This document shows positions 43,851 through 53,914 of a stretch of 64,000 nt of DNA, one piece after another. The position numbers and the translations under genes were made by a program. Within the stretch, counting starts at the first letter, position 1, and every line of letters starts with the position of its first letter. Source of the DNA: Microcoleus sp. (GTDB lineage: Bacteria; Cyanobacteriota; Cyanobacteriia; Cyanobacteriales; Microcoleaceae); contig CP181291.1 in assembly GCA_052279835.1 (NCBI GenBank), forward strand, positions 1,184,001 through 1,248,000. The letters are read 5' to 3'. The notes beneath the pieces were generated by a model, which did not search any database, was not told the origin of the DNA, and worked only from the letters and a program-made list of their open reading frames with translations.

Positions 43851-44882
43851 TTATTTTGATGGTACTTCAAACTCAGTAGATTTAACCACATTCATACCCG
43901 CCGCCGCAAATCTTTGAAAAGTTGCATCTGCTGCTTCCGTAAAATCAACAACACCAGGAACAACCACAGGCGAAGTACAATCTTCCAACAAATAAACCTT
44001 CTTTGCTAACTCCGAATCGCGCGCCAAAATTTCCGTCAATAAATCATCAATTGTCCAAGCAACGCAATGACTTTTAGCTTGTCCAGCAATAATAACTGCA
44101 TCAAAATCCAGCAACTTATCAATAAAACTAACATTCTTTTGAGCGATCGCACTCCCATCCGCCCCTTCTAAAACTTCCGGCTGCAAAACAGAATAGTTTT
44201 CGGTGAGGGGATTGCCACCTTTGATTTCAAAAATTGCTTGAGTTTCGCGGGCGATACTATGGAAAAAAATAGCTTCTTCCAGCGCCGAAACCAGCGCGTG
44301 TCCGATACCACCAAGCATCGAGTGATAAGGCCAAATTGTCAAGGGATATTTGCCATTATCGCTAAGTTTCTGCACGTAATGCAGAGCGTGTTTTTCCAGG
44401 GCAGAAAAATTGCCACCGCTGAGGCTATCAGCCACGGCAGGATTAACTTTCCAAACACCTTTGGCAACATCTTCTAGGCTAATGGAAGTTACGGCTGGTT
44501 GCGGATGTTCCCCTGCTGCATTTATCCAAAAAATTGGATGAAAAATTTGCATAGCCGTATGGGTATCCATAGTGGGCGCTATCGTGGTAATTCTGTCTAA
44601 ATTGCGGTAAATGAACTCGCACAGTCGCAGATTGTCATCAATAGCACCGCTACCCGAACGCCCACCCACAAATAATTCAAATTCCGGCAAACAAAAAGTA
44701 TTTTGGGCATCAATTATCAACAAACAAATACGGTTGGTGTCCCTAGCCGCAGGCAGAATACTGTGTTTCACAGCCCATTCTTTAGCTTGAACAGCACGTT
44801 TTTGATAAGACACCCGCCAGACTTCGCTGACTTTCTTCGGGTCAAAATACTCAGGAATGGGGAGTAAACTGTTTGCAGTCAT
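43851..44882 (-). CDS. Isochorismatase/nicotinamidase-like cysteine hydrolase
   Basis: LLIIDAQNTF, TMDTH, IWPYH, KG...ENYS, AGQAKSHCV, LLEDCTS. Confidence 0.85.
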   Translation of the reverse strand: MTANSLLPIPEYFDPKKVSEVWRVSYQKRAVQAKEWAVKHSILPAARDTNRICLLIIDAQNTFCLPEFELFVGGRSGSGAIDDNLRLCEFIYRNLDRITTIAPTMDTHTAMQIFHPIFWINAAGEHPQPAVTSISLEDVAKGVWKVNPAVADSLSGGNFSALEKHALHYVQKLSDNGKYPLTIWPYHSMLGGIGHALVSALEEAIFFHSIARETQAIFEIKGGNPLTENYSVLQPEVLEGADGSAIAQKNVSFIDKLLDFDAVIIAGQAKSHCVAWTIDDLLTEILARDSELAKKVYLLEDCTSPVVVPGVVDFTEAADATFQRFAAAGMNVVKSTEFEVPSK

Positions 44883-45164
44883 GGCTAATTCACTTGACAC
44901 TGGATTTTCGCAAAAACTTAAATTGACAATCAAAAATATTCAACCCTTAGTCAACCCATCTTTCTACCCGCTCTTTCTCTGCGCTCTCTGCGCCCTCTGC
45001 GGTAAAAAAAAATTAAAACTTTAGGAAAGTAGACTATCATAATCAATGATAACGCAAGTTTCCGGCATTGCCAACTAATTTTAAGGTTTCGCGATCGCCC
45101 ACAGGCCTAACTACAAACCTGTGAAGGTATTACCCATAATCCAAATAGCTACTTAGGGTGAATT

Positions 45165-45896
45165 ATGCCACAACCACAAAATCGAAATTATCCCCGGAAT
45201 CCTTTTAAACGCAAATTATTTTTTTTATCGATCGCCCTTTCACTCTCTCTGTTAATTCTAGCAACTAAATCTTCCTACATTCAAGATTTTTTAAGAACAG
45301 TGCTGATCCAGATCCAAGACTTAGGGTGGTGGGGGCCAGTAGCATTTGTAGCCACTTACAACATCGCCACTATACTATTTATACCAGGTGCTGTGTTGAC
45401 CCTGGGAGGCGGGGTGCTGTTTGGGCTGTGGTGGGGTTCAGTCTACGTGTTTGTAGCGGCAACTTTAGGTGCCACCTTTGCTTTTCTGATTGGGCGATAC
45501 TTGTCGCGCGATCGCCTGGTAAAATATATGGAAAATCATCCCAAGTTCCAAGCTCTCGATCGCGCAATTTGTCAACAAGGATTAAAAATAGTATTTCTGA
45601 CACGTCTTTGTCCTTTATTTCCTTTTAATTTATTGAATTACGCTTTGGGGATTACCCAAGTTTCTTTGAAAGATTATATCCTCGGTTCCTTGGGGATGAT
45701 ACCGGGAACTATTCTGTATGTTTATTCAGGTTCTTTGGTAGGAGATTTGGCTGCGATCGGCGCAGCAACAGGCTGTACCAATCCCCAAGATTCCGCAGTA
45801 AAATGGTCGATAAATATCATCAGTTTTCTAGCCACAGTCGCTGTTACTGTCTCTATCACTCGGATAGCTCGCCAAGCTTTGGATGAAAGTGTTTAA
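45165..45896 (+). CDS. TVP38/TMEM64 (DedA/SNARE-associated) membrane protein
   Basis: FIPGAVLTLGGGVLFG, AFLIGRY, RLCPLFPFNLLNYALG. Confidence 0.9.
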   Translation: MPQPQNRNYPRNPFKRKLFFLSIALSLSLLILATKSSYIQDFLRTVLIQIQDLGWWGPVAFVATYNIATILFIPGAVLTLGGGVLFGLWWGSVYVFVAATLGATFAFLIGRYLSRDRLVKYMENHPKFQALDRAICQQGLKIVFLTRLCPLFPFNLLNYALGITQVSLKDYILGSLGMIPGTILYVYSGSLVGDLAAIGAATGCTNPQDSAVKWSINIISFLATVAVTVSITRIARQALDESV

Positions 45897-45912
45897 TTAG
45901 GAGAATTAGCTA

Positions 45913-47448
45913 ATGTCACACTCAAAAGTCGATCGCGTAACAGTCCCCCCGATGGACGAACACAACCAAAAATTAGTCTCTTATTTGCATCCCCCAGATT
46001 GGGTAAATCCCCAGCCAGCTAGCTGTTACAACCTAGTAGTAATTGGAGCCGGACCAGCCGGATTAATTGTCGCCGCCGGTGCCGCTGGTTTAGGTGCGAA
46101 AGTTGCTTTGATTGAAAAACATTTGATGGGAGGCGATTGCTTAAATGTCGGTTGCGTTCCTTCAAAATTGCTGATTCGTGCGTCTCGAAATGTCGCTGAT
46201 ATTTCGGAAGCAAGTAAATTTGGTGTTAGCGTTCCTAACGGTACAGAAGTGGATTTCTCCGCCGTGATGGAAAGACTGCGGCGCATCAGGGCCGACATCA
46301 GCGATGTTGATTCTGTGCAACGATATCAGGACAAATTAGGAGTCGATGTTTTCTTAGGTTCGGGTCGTTTTACCAGTAATAATACACTTGAAGTGGCTGG
46401 TCAAACTCTCCGGTTTAAAAAAGCAGTAATTACGACGGGAGCACGGGCGCTACAACCGCAAATTCCCGGTTTACAAGCAACTGGATATCTGACTAATGAA
46501 ACTGTGTTTAACCTTACCGAAAAACCTCAGCGTTTAGCAGTAATTGGTGCAGGTCCGATCGGCTGCGAATTAGCTCAAGCCTTCCGCAGGCTGGGTTCAG
46601 AAGTCGTGTTATTCCACAAAAATGCTCACATTTTGGACAAGGAAGATGTCGATGCTGCTAACATTGTGCAGCAGGCGTTTGTGCGGGAAGGAATTCAGTT
46701 AATACTTGAATCCAAAATAGAGCGCGTTGAGCAAACAAATACAGGCAAAGTAATTTATTATGAATCTCAGGGTAAAGGAGGTACTGTTACAGTAGATGAA
46801 ATTCTGATTAGCACCGGGCGATCGCCCAATGTCGAAGGATTGAATTTGGAGGCGATCGGCGTTGAATACGATACACAAACTGGCGTATTTGTCAACGACA
46901 ATTTGCAAACTACTAATCCCCGCATTTATGCTGCTGGCGATATCTGCATGAAGCATAAATTCACTCACGCTGCTGATTTTGCGGCGAGGATTGTCATTCA
47001 AAATACGCTGTTTTTTGGACGCAAAAAACTCAGTGCTTTGACTATACCTTGGTGTACTTATACTAGCCCAGAGGTAGCCCACGTTGGAATTGGGGAAGCG
47101 GAGGCTAAAGCTAAAGGAACTGAAATCGATACATTTTTGATTCCTTTCAGTCAAGTCGATCGCGCAATTATAGACGGTGAAGATGAAGGTTTTGTGAAAA
47201 TTCACGTCAAGAAAGGTAGCGATAAAATATTAGGTGCAACGATTGTGGCGAGAAACGCCGGAGATATGATTAGCGAAATTACTTTAGCAATGGTTAACAA
47301 TATTGGTTTAGGAAAAATTGCTAGCGTAATTCATCCCTATCCGACGCAAGCTGATGCAATTCGGAAAGCTGGGGATGCGTACAATCGAACTCGTTTGACA
47401 CCGTTTGTGAAGAATTTGTTTAATAAATGGCTGGCTTGGACTCGATAA
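45913..47448 (+). CDS. Mercuric-reductase-like pyridine nucleotide-disulfide oxidoreductase
   Basis: GAGPAG, GGDCLNVGCVPSK, GAGPIGCE, IHPYPTQ; lacks the MerA C-terminal CC pair; paired with the TVP38 gene. Confidence 0.88.
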   Translation: MSHSKVDRVTVPPMDEHNQKLVSYLHPPDWVNPQPASCYNLVVIGAGPAGLIVAAGAAGLGAKVALIEKHLMGGDCLNVGCVPSKLLIRASRNVADISEASKFGVSVPNGTEVDFSAVMERLRRIRADISDVDSVQRYQDKLGVDVFLGSGRFTSNNTLEVAGQTLRFKKAVITTGARALQPQIPGLQATGYLTNETVFNLTEKPQRLAVIGAGPIGCELAQAFRRLGSEVVLFHKNAHILDKEDVDAANIVQQAFVREGIQLILESKIERVEQTNTGKVIYYESQGKGGTVTVDEILISTGRSPNVEGLNLEAIGVEYDTQTGVFVNDNLQTTNPRIYAAGDICMKHKFTHAADFAARIVIQNTLFFGRKKLSALTIPWCTYTSPEVAHVGIGEAEAKAKGTEIDTFLIPFSQVDRAIIDGEDEGFVKIHVKKGSDKILGATIVARNAGDMISEITLAMVNNIGLGKIASVIHPYPTQADAIRKAGDAYNRTRLTPFVKNLFNKWLAWTR

Positions 47449-47518
47449 CATAACTCGGCGGTTGAAACCGCTACTACACAAACAAAGTCCGCCTGCGCGG
47501 ACTGGATGAGGGGTATTT

Positions 47519-48103
47519 TTAGGTTTCTGTTGCTGTTTCAAATCCAACGTCTTCATACAAAAGGGCGATCGGCAAATCAAACCCAATACTTGATAAAGTG
47601 ATAATCTCCCCAGCAGTATAAGAATAGTAAAGCCACATTCTCCCCTCTCCCCGACAGTAACGTTCCACAAAAATCTTTTGTGAATCAATCAAGATATACT
47701 CTTGCAAAGTCGGAATTTTCAGATAACAAGTAAATTTTTCATCCCTATCCTTAGCACTTGTACTGGGGGAGAGAACTTCCACAATAATTTTAGGATTCTG
47801 AATAAATTGGCGGGAATTCAAGTCTTGAGGATCGCAACTGACTATCACATCAGGGTAGTAATAACGGCTTTGAAAACTGACTTGCAATTTCACATCTGAT
47901 ACGTTCATCCGACAGCCTCTAGAACGTATATGAGGACGTAATGCAGTATAAAAGTTAAGTGCAAGATCGTTATGAGGAATTGTACTACCCGTCATGGCAA
48001 AAACTTCGCCGTTGACGTATTCGTGGCGAATCTCTTGTTGAGCTTCCCATGTTAGGTATTCCTCAACCGTCATTTTTTGGGGTGTTTGGGAAATTGCTAT
48101 CAT
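47519..48103 (-). CDS. Uma2 family (PD-(D/E)XK) endonuclease-like protein
   Basis: RHEYVNGEVFAMTG, YYYPDVIVSC, IIVEVLSPST, LQEYILID. Confidence 0.92.
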   Translation of the reverse strand: MIAISQTPQKMTVEEYLTWEAQQEIRHEYVNGEVFAMTGSTIPHNDLALNFYTALRPHIRSRGCRMNVSDVKLQVSFQSRYYYPDVIVSCDPQDLNSRQFIQNPKIIVEVLSPSTSAKDRDEKFTCYLKIPTLQEYILIDSQKIFVERYCRGEGRMWLYYSYTAGEIITLSSIGFDLPIALLYEDVGFETATET

Positions 48104-48259
48104 AATATTTTTTTTTGGTGATGTTACTTTGATTGTAGCATTGGTTCTGGGACGATTATTGAAAAAACTTTGATGGGTGCGGGTGTATATAATTTGTAGA
48201 TAATTATCAAAAATCTATGCCTTAGAACCCAACAAAATCTTCCATGCTGCAATGAATAT

Positions 48260-48286
48260 TGCATAAACTGGGAGACTCCTGCGACA
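48260..48286 (+). promoter_or_regulatory. Putative alternative-sigma promoter motif, copy 1
   Basis: TGCATAA-N14-GCGACA, 31 nt before ATG 48317. Confidence 0.65.
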
Positions 48287-48316
48287 TCTCTTCAAAAGCG
48301 CAATGGAGAAGTCCCT

Positions 48317-49036
48317 ATGATCGTTAATTATACAACTGAATCGGAGAAAGCTTGGTACAAGTCTCCTGCAATTGTAGCTGCGGTGACTGTAAGCGCGATC
48401 GCCCTTGGAACATTTATTTACCCAGAACTGAGCACTCAACCGATCGTACACTACCGCGCTGACGATAACTCGCTTTCAGCCGATCGCTACACATTGCAGA
48501 GACAAACCCACTGTCAACTCAGCAGCCAACATTACAAACCCGGAGACACCGCTGTCAGCATACCCTTTGCCGATCGCGCCGTAGTCACCAAAACCATCTC
48601 CATTACCAATAGTTTAACCCTCATGGGCGAATGTCAACACAACGGGCGATCGATTACCAACAAACAACCAGGAACATCACTCATTCGCTTATTAGAACGC
48701 AGCCAAAGCGCCATTCAACAACAACATCAAACCAACAAAAATCCAGGCATCCTCACCATTGTAGCAAACGAATTTGAACCTAGCAAAGGGGAAAAAAGCA
48801 TTAATTTTAGTAAAGTCAAAGCCCTAGTAGAAGACATCGAAAAACAGGGAGTAGTCATCTCATTTATCGTGCCGCAAGGGAAATTATACGAAGACTTGAC
48901 TAACCAATTGAGCAGCAAAGAGAGTGTCTGCGTTTTAGATGAAAGCAAAGACGAAGATGCTGTGAGGCGATCGATGACACCTTGCATTGATGCAGCCTTT
49001 ACCAAAGCCCGAAAAATGACAGCTAAATCCAATTAA
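48317..49036 (+). CDS. Membrane-anchored vWA-like domain protein
   Basis: N-terminal TM; IVHYRADDNSLS (MIDAS DxSxS), VSIPFAD, PGTSLIRLLE, ILTIVANE and KQGVVISFI follow vWA strand/helix order; GGAG RBS. Confidence 0.6.
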   Translation: MIVNYTTESEKAWYKSPAIVAAVTVSAIALGTFIYPELSTQPIVHYRADDNSLSADRYTLQRQTHCQLSSQHYKPGDTAVSIPFADRAVVTKTISITNSLTLMGECQHNGRSITNKQPGTSLIRLLERSQSAIQQQHQTNKNPGILTIVANEFEPSKGEKSINFSKVKALVEDIEKQGVVISFIVPQGKLYEDLTNQLSSKESVCVLDESKDEDAVRRSMTPCIDAAFTKARKMTAKSN

Positions 49037-49263
49037 TTTAGTTAATCTGTAGGGTGCGTCGCTGCTCGTGTTTAATGGAACTTGCAGATTGACTTCGGGC
49101 GACGCACCTTACTTACTACAAATCCGAATTATTCCTCTCTCTTCTCTTCCTCTGTGTTCTCTGTGTTCTCTGCGGTTAAATCATTCCGATCCAACCAGAA
49201 TTGATATTACATCCGTTAAATCCGTGACAAAATCCGCTGCCGAACTGCCTTTTCCCAAAATTC

Positions 49264-49290
49264 TGCATAAACCTTCAATCCGCAGCGACA
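49264..49290 (+). promoter_or_regulatory. Putative alternative-sigma promoter motif, copy 2
   Basis: TGCATAA-N14-GCGACA, 38 nt before ATG 49328. Confidence 0.65.
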
Positions 49291-49327
49291 CTATCTTATC
49301 AAGCCCAAAAATAACGAGATAAAACCA

Positions 49328-50602
49328 ATGAACTCCACCACCAATCACCATAACTCTACCTCCAGCATCATAGCATGGCAATACCTTCCCCAACAATTAA
49401 CCGCCCTACTCCCCGAACAAATCAAATCCCAAATGAGTCAGCGGGAAAAACGATATGCAGAAGGAGAAAAAGCCAAAAATCGGATTAACGATTTAACACC
49501 CTTAGCAAAGAACACCCCCAACCCTGAAACCAAGAAAATAGTCAATATTTTAGTAGGGTTAATCAGTGCGATTACCTTCAGTGCAGGAGCGCGAATATTG
49601 ACTTCCGGCATGGGAAGTATGAGCATTCCCGCGAGTTTATTCATCGGCGGGGCTGCGGGAGTAGTAGCGGATAAAAAAGTGATGAAAGTCATGGAACATC
49701 ATCGCAAGAAAAGTAGCACTCAGCAAGCATTGAAGGATATCGAAAAACAAAAACAGGCTCATCCCCCCAAAAATGAATTTGGCGTACTTTATTACGAAGC
49801 TCAAACCGCCTTAGTGCTACAAGTAGAAGGTCAATTTTTGGAGAAACTACCCTTCAGCGATGTCGGTTTAGCCCTGGGATTGAGCGGCACGGAATATGCG
49901 ATGTCTCTGGGGATTGTCATCGGGTTGGGATTGCCGGGGGGAATTGTCTTAAATGCGATCGCAGCCAGCCTACCCGTGGTAATGTTATGGGGAGCCGCAT
50001 CCCTGCAAAACGACGCCTTTGAAATGCCCGGACACGCCCGCTCATTAAATGGGCAATACGAAAGCAGCCTCCCGATAGAAATCACCGAAATCGAAGCAAA
50101 TCAGATTGCCAGCATCGACGAAGAAGTTGCTCTCAAACAGCGAGAACTCGCCTACGAACAAGCCTTAAACCTGCGTCGCGAAAAATTTGTCAGCGAAGGC
50201 GATACCAGCGGGCGATTGAAGAATTGGGACATGGTAGAAGCCGACTTTCAAATCGGCTGGTACTTGACCGAAAAGCATCAAATCGAAAAAGAACAAGACG
50301 AGAAACGGGAACAGCGCTACTTTCAGTTTAAAGCTGATGTTGGTCAAATTGGCGAACAATATGAAGCACCCGCCGGCACCTATTCACCGGAACAAATGGC
50401 GCAGTTAAAAATTGAATGGATGCAAGCCCAAGAACAAAAATTGAAGGAAAGTTTCGCCCATGACATTCAGTGGTTGAATCACAAATACGGGAACAAAATC
50501 AAGCATTACGAGGAAGAAATCACCACAGCGCGACAGCGTTACGCAGAAGCCGAATCTCGGTGGCGGGAAGAACGGGATTTGCAAAAAACATCTGTGAATT
50601 AA
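49328..50602 (+). CDS. Hypothetical protein with two glycine-rich hydrophobic hairpins and a long C-terminal coiled coil
   Basis: ILVGLISAITFSAG...LFIGGAAGVVA and VGLALGLSG...GLGLPGGIVLNAIAASLPVVMLWGAA; E/Q/K-rich heptad tail. Confidence 0.8.
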   Translation: MNSTTNHHNSTSSIIAWQYLPQQLTALLPEQIKSQMSQREKRYAEGEKAKNRINDLTPLAKNTPNPETKKIVNILVGLISAITFSAGARILTSGMGSMSIPASLFIGGAAGVVADKKVMKVMEHHRKKSSTQQALKDIEKQKQAHPPKNEFGVLYYEAQTALVLQVEGQFLEKLPFSDVGLALGLSGTEYAMSLGIVIGLGLPGGIVLNAIAASLPVVMLWGAASLQNDAFEMPGHARSLNGQYESSLPIEITEIEANQIASIDEEVALKQRELAYEQALNLRREKFVSEGDTSGRLKNWDMVEADFQIGWYLTEKHQIEKEQDEKREQRYFQFKADVGQIGEQYEAPAGTYSPEQMAQLKIEWMQAQEQKLKESFAHDIQWLNHKYGNKIKHYEEEITTARQRYAEAESRWREERDLQKTSVN

Positions 50603-50790
50603 TCCCCTGGCTCATACCGAAATGCCGCCCGCGAATTAATCCCTCGCTCATACCGAAAGCCCGCCAGGGAATGAATTCCCTGGCTAATAGCGAAAGTCCT
50701 CTAAAGAGGACTGCGGACTAATGAATTCTTTAGTCCTCTTCAGAGGACTTTCGCTTTGAGGCAGGGGTTTCAACCCCTGCCGGACTGCCG
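50597..50790. repeat. AGTCCTC...GAGGACT palindromic element with tandem partial duplications of its end
   Basis: Three degenerate GAAT(T/G)AAT...GCT(C/A)ATA(C/G)CGAAA units followed by an inverted repeat; relative at 2394-2450. Confidence 0.65.
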
Positions 50791-50829
50791 GGACTGCGGA
50801 ACTACCGCAAAAAAAACTTTCCCCCAATC

Positions 50830-50856
50830 TGCATAAACTCCCCAACGCCCGCGACA
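50830..50856 (+). promoter_or_regulatory. Putative alternative-sigma promoter motif, copy 3 (autoregulatory)
   Basis: TGCATAA-N14-GCGACA, 30 nt before ATG 50886. Confidence 0.65.
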
Positions 50857-50885
50857 TCAATATATCAACCCCAAAAAACTGGACT

Positions 50886-51791
50886 ATGACGAGACATGAT
50901 ACCCCCGTCGAACCTTTACCAGGCTTAGTTCCTGTCGCCACAAACTTCAACTTGTGGCCACCTTCGGAACTCAAGCCCATTTCCTTGACTTTGTTCTTCC
51001 TGGCACGTTACAGCGATATTTTCTCTGGGATAATTGAATTATCCCCATGCCATACCAACGTGCCTGTGAACAACGACGAACAGTTACGCGAACTTCTACA
51101 ACTCTTGAAAGACTCCCAACAGGGGAGTCAGAAACAAGAAAGATTCAAAAATCAATTGTGCAAACTCATTCCCGATTTGCCCGGAAGTCGCAAATATCGG
51201 GAGCCTGATCCTAAGATTGATTTTGACGGAGCAGTGAATGAAGCCTATGGCGGTTTTTTCAAAACGCTGCCGATATTTTTGCGGGGAATTGACCTCGATA
51301 ATATCGCTGATGATGTGTTGCGAACCAGAGTGGTTAAGCGGTTTAATCAAATCATTCAGAACAAAGTCTGCAACCAATATCGCAAGTTGAAACGGCAACC
51401 TTTTACTTTTAGTTTGGATGCTCCAAATAAGAGCAAAACAGGTGAAGAATTTGATGCTGAAGGAATGGCTGATGATACCACAGAAGTTGGGATTGAGCAA
51501 CTGATTGAGCGAGAACAAGCGAAAAATCAGCGGCGCATCGGTCGCCAACTTTGGCAGTATATTGAAGACGACCCGGATGGAAAACTGCGAAACAGTTATC
51601 CCAGTGACAAACCGGATGCTAATTCTCAGGTACTCGCGCGGCGATTGCTGAAAGACCCTCCTGATAAATTGTCTGTAATTGCCAGAGAGTTAAACATTAA
51701 GTATCAAACTCTAAACTCTCATTGGAAAAGAGCAAGTTTGCCGCTACTTAAAGAAATTGTACTTGAGTTTGGATATCAACCGGAGGAATAA
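50886..51791 (+). CDS. Sigma-70/ECF-like RNA polymerase sigma factor (cyanobacterial DUF1822-associated type)
   Basis: Region-2-like DFDGAVNEAYGGFFK...RFNQIIQNKVCNQYRK...SLDAP; C-terminal HTH LSVIARELNIKYQTLNSHWKR; TAATG overlap with DUF1822; the true start could be a later GTG near 51060. Confidence 0.7.
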   Translation: MTRHDTPVEPLPGLVPVATNFNLWPPSELKPISLTLFFLARYSDIFSGIIELSPCHTNVPVNNDEQLRELLQLLKDSQQGSQKQERFKNQLCKLIPDLPGSRKYREPDPKIDFDGAVNEAYGGFFKTLPIFLRGIDLDNIADDVLRTRVVKRFNQIIQNKVCNQYRKLKRQPFTFSLDAPNKSKTGEEFDAEGMADDTTEVGIEQLIEREQAKNQRRIGRQLWQYIEDDPDGKLRNSYPSDKPDANSQVLARRLLKDPPDKLSVIARELNIKYQTLNSHWKRASLPLLKEIVLEFGYQPEE

Positions 51792-52615
51792 TGGTGAATA
51801 GCATGGATACTTATTTGTTAGAAATTCCTCTGGAGCAAACTGCGCGCAATTTGGCTTTGCAATTTGCTTCAGAGCAAGCTAATCCGCAAAAAGGCAAACG
51901 GGTTTATTTCAATACCTTGGCGGTTTGGGCGGTTAACTATTTTTTGGAATGGATGGAACTGGAAACCGATATTGATGGCGGTGATAGTTGGCATCCAGGA
52001 ATGCGGGCGGTTTTGGATGTTGCTGATTTAGTCTTACCGGGAATTGGCAAGATTGAATGCTGTCCGGTTCTACTTGGAGAAACGGCGATTTCTCTGCCAG
52101 AAGTGCGCGAAAATCGCATTGCATATATCGCAGTTGAGTTTGCGGAACCTTTCGATAAAGTTAAACTTTTGGGGTTTATTCCGGCTGTGGAAATTGTGGA
52201 TGAAACTGAAGAGATTTCTCTCACTAATCTCCAACCTGTTGAGGAATTGTTGGATTATTTGGATCGAATTGAGTTGGGAATTCCGGTGACGCAAGTTCTA
52301 CTTGAAGAAGCGCTATCGGATTTGGCAGAAGATGACCCCGTACAAGCACAAGTCCGGGATAATTTGCAAAACAAATCTATTTCGGAAATTGTGGCAATTC
52401 TGAATGGAGTTTATCGCAGTAGCGATAAATCTGACTGGGGATATGAAGGGGGGAAGGCTTTAGCAGGAATTGGTTCTAGCAGTGGCGGTTTGGGAAATAG
52501 AGAGACATCTTTATCTGGTTATCAATCTTCAGATATTGATACGAAAGTGGAAGCGAAACTGAATCGGATTGCTAAAAAGTGGATGAAGAAATTAGCTGAG
52601 ATTTGGGGAGACTAA
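51791..52615 (+). CDS. DUF1822 family protein (putative anti-sigma factor)
   Basis: FASEQANPQKGKRVYFNTLAVWAVNYFL, DSWHP...DVADLVLPGIGKIECCPV, RIAYIAV...VKLLGF. Confidence 0.88.
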   Translation: MVNSMDTYLLEIPLEQTARNLALQFASEQANPQKGKRVYFNTLAVWAVNYFLEWMELETDIDGGDSWHPGMRAVLDVADLVLPGIGKIECCPVLLGETAISLPEVRENRIAYIAVEFAEPFDKVKLLGFIPAVEIVDETEEISLTNLQPVEELLDYLDRIELGIPVTQVLLEEALSDLAEDDPVQAQVRDNLQNKSISEIVAILNGVYRSSDKSDWGYEGGKALAGIGSSSGGLGNRETSLSGYQSSDIDTKVEAKLNRIAKKWMKKLAEIWGD

Positions 52616-52763
52616 AGAAACCGGGTTTTTGGCCACATCTGCGGGTGGAAATGAAATATTGTCGCAAAAACCCGGTTTCTGGGCACCGACGACTAAAGAA
52701 ACCGGGTTTTTGGCCACATCTGCGGTGGAAACGAAATATTGTCGTAAAAACCCGGTTTCTGGG
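52610..52763. repeat. Two tandem 80-bp copies of the AGAAACCGGGTTTTT...AAAAACCCGGTTTCT element
   Basis: Direct copies starting near 52610 and 52691; third near-identical copy at 53915-53988. Confidence 0.9.
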
Positions 52764-52827
52764 TTCCCACAACTCAACCCTAAAATTCATTACAATGAAT
52801 CAATGGAAAATATCTCATTGAACAGAT

Positions 52828-53043
52828 ATGACTCAAAATAATTTACTGTCTCGCATCTCAATCGAATCGAATATCTGCTTTGGCAAACCTTGTATTCGCG
52901 GCCATCGCATTTGGGTTTCTCTGATTCTTGATTTTCTCGCTAGCGGCATGACTGTGGAAGAATTGCTGGAGGAATATCCGGGAATTGAACGAGAAGATAT
53001 TTTGGCTTGTATTGCTTATAAGGACGCTCCTACTTCCTGTTAA
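52828..53043 (+). CDS. DUF433 domain protein (C-terminus possibly truncated)
   Basis: RISIESNICFGKPCIRGHRIWVSLILDFLASGMTVEELLEEYPGIEREDILACIAY. Confidence 0.85.
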   Translation: MTQNNLLSRISIESNICFGKPCIRGHRIWVSLILDFLASGMTVEELLEEYPGIEREDILACIAYKDAPTSC

Positions 53044-53083
53044 ACTAAATTTAGCTATTGTGTCAAGCAAGGAAAAAATAGCC

Positions 53084-53380
53084 ATGATGTCTATCCAAGA
53101 AAAAATTGTTGACCAACTGAAAAACTTTTCTGAAAGAGAACTGCAAGAAATCCTCAAGTTTGCTGATTTTTTGTTGTGGCAGCGGAGAAAGCAAGAAGTA
53201 GCTTCGCCATCCGATGAAACTGCCAACAGCGAATCAGAAAATATCGGTGAAGAAGCCTTGGTTCATTATGTTGGTGGAGTCTTGGTCGTTAAAGCAGGAT
53301 TAAGTCAAACTGAAAGAATGATGAATTGGAATACAATTATTGACGATATGCGCGCCGAAAGAATGGAGAAATTTATTTAA
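53084..53380 (+). CDS. Putative antitoxin (DUF2281-like N-terminus)
   Basis: IQEKIVDQLKNFSERELQEILKFADFL; ends 2 nt before the PIN gene. Confidence 0.65.
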   Translation: MMSIQEKIVDQLKNFSERELQEILKFADFLLWQRRKQEVASPSDETANSESENIGEEALVHYVGGVLVVKAGLSQTERMMNWNTIIDDMRAERMEKFI

Positions 53381-53382
53381 GA

Positions 53383-53817
53383 ATGAACGTTTTATTCGAT
53401 ACTTCCGTTCTGGTAGCAGCGTTAATAGAAGATCATCCCACTCACTCTCAAAGCTTATCTTGGTTGGAGCGATTTAGAACGCGGGAGATTGCAGCATTTG
53501 TCTCAACTCACACTATAGCTGAACTTTACTCGGTACTTACTCGAATTCCTCGTCAACCTCGGATTAATCCTGGGTTAGCACAGCGGTTAATTGTAGAGAA
53601 TTTGAGTGGTTTCGATCGGGTTGTTTTGACTGCGGAGGATTACCAAGCAACAGTAAGTAGAATGGTTAGTTTAAACCTGCCAGGGGGAGGGATTTACGAT
53701 GGGTTAATTGCTCAAGCTGCACTGAAAGCAGGTGTGGATGTGTTGTTGACTCTTAACCCTAATGATTTTACTCGGCTGGGAGATGATGTCAAGCGATTAG
53801 TGCAAGTGCCTCTTTAA
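53383..53817 (+). CDS. PIN domain (VapC-like) ribonuclease toxin
   Basis: VLFDTSVLVAA, HTIAELYSVLT, GIYDGLIAQAA, LLTLNPNDF. Confidence 0.92.
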   Translation: MNVLFDTSVLVAALIEDHPTHSQSLSWLERFRTREIAAFVSTHTIAELYSVLTRIPRQPRINPGLAQRLIVENLSGFDRVVLTAEDYQATVSRMVSLNLPGGGIYDGLIAQAALKAGVDVLLTLNPNDFTRLGDDVKRLVQVPL

Positions 53818-53914
53818 GCCCTTCGCACTTGGAATGAGAATATTGTGTTTGTTGGGGTTTTTGCATGGGTGGGGGCGGGTTTTTAAAGATTGTTGGTTTT
53901 TGCCCCTACACTGC

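Noticed and set aside
45913..47448. Mercury resistance (merA) locus
   Set aside because: No C-terminal Cys-Cys pair, no N-terminal metal-binding domain and no merR/T/P genes.
50597..50700. Three ~36-nt repeats upstream of the sigma gene as a mini-CRISPR (tempting given the Craspase analogy)
   Set aside because: Repeats are degenerate, separated by only about 10 nt, and match the end of the dispersed AGTCCTC/GAGGACT element also seen at 2394-2450.
52572..52841. Overlapping short ORFs (KKPGF.../RNRVF...) on both strands
   Set aside because: Translations of the tandem palindromic repeat, not genes.
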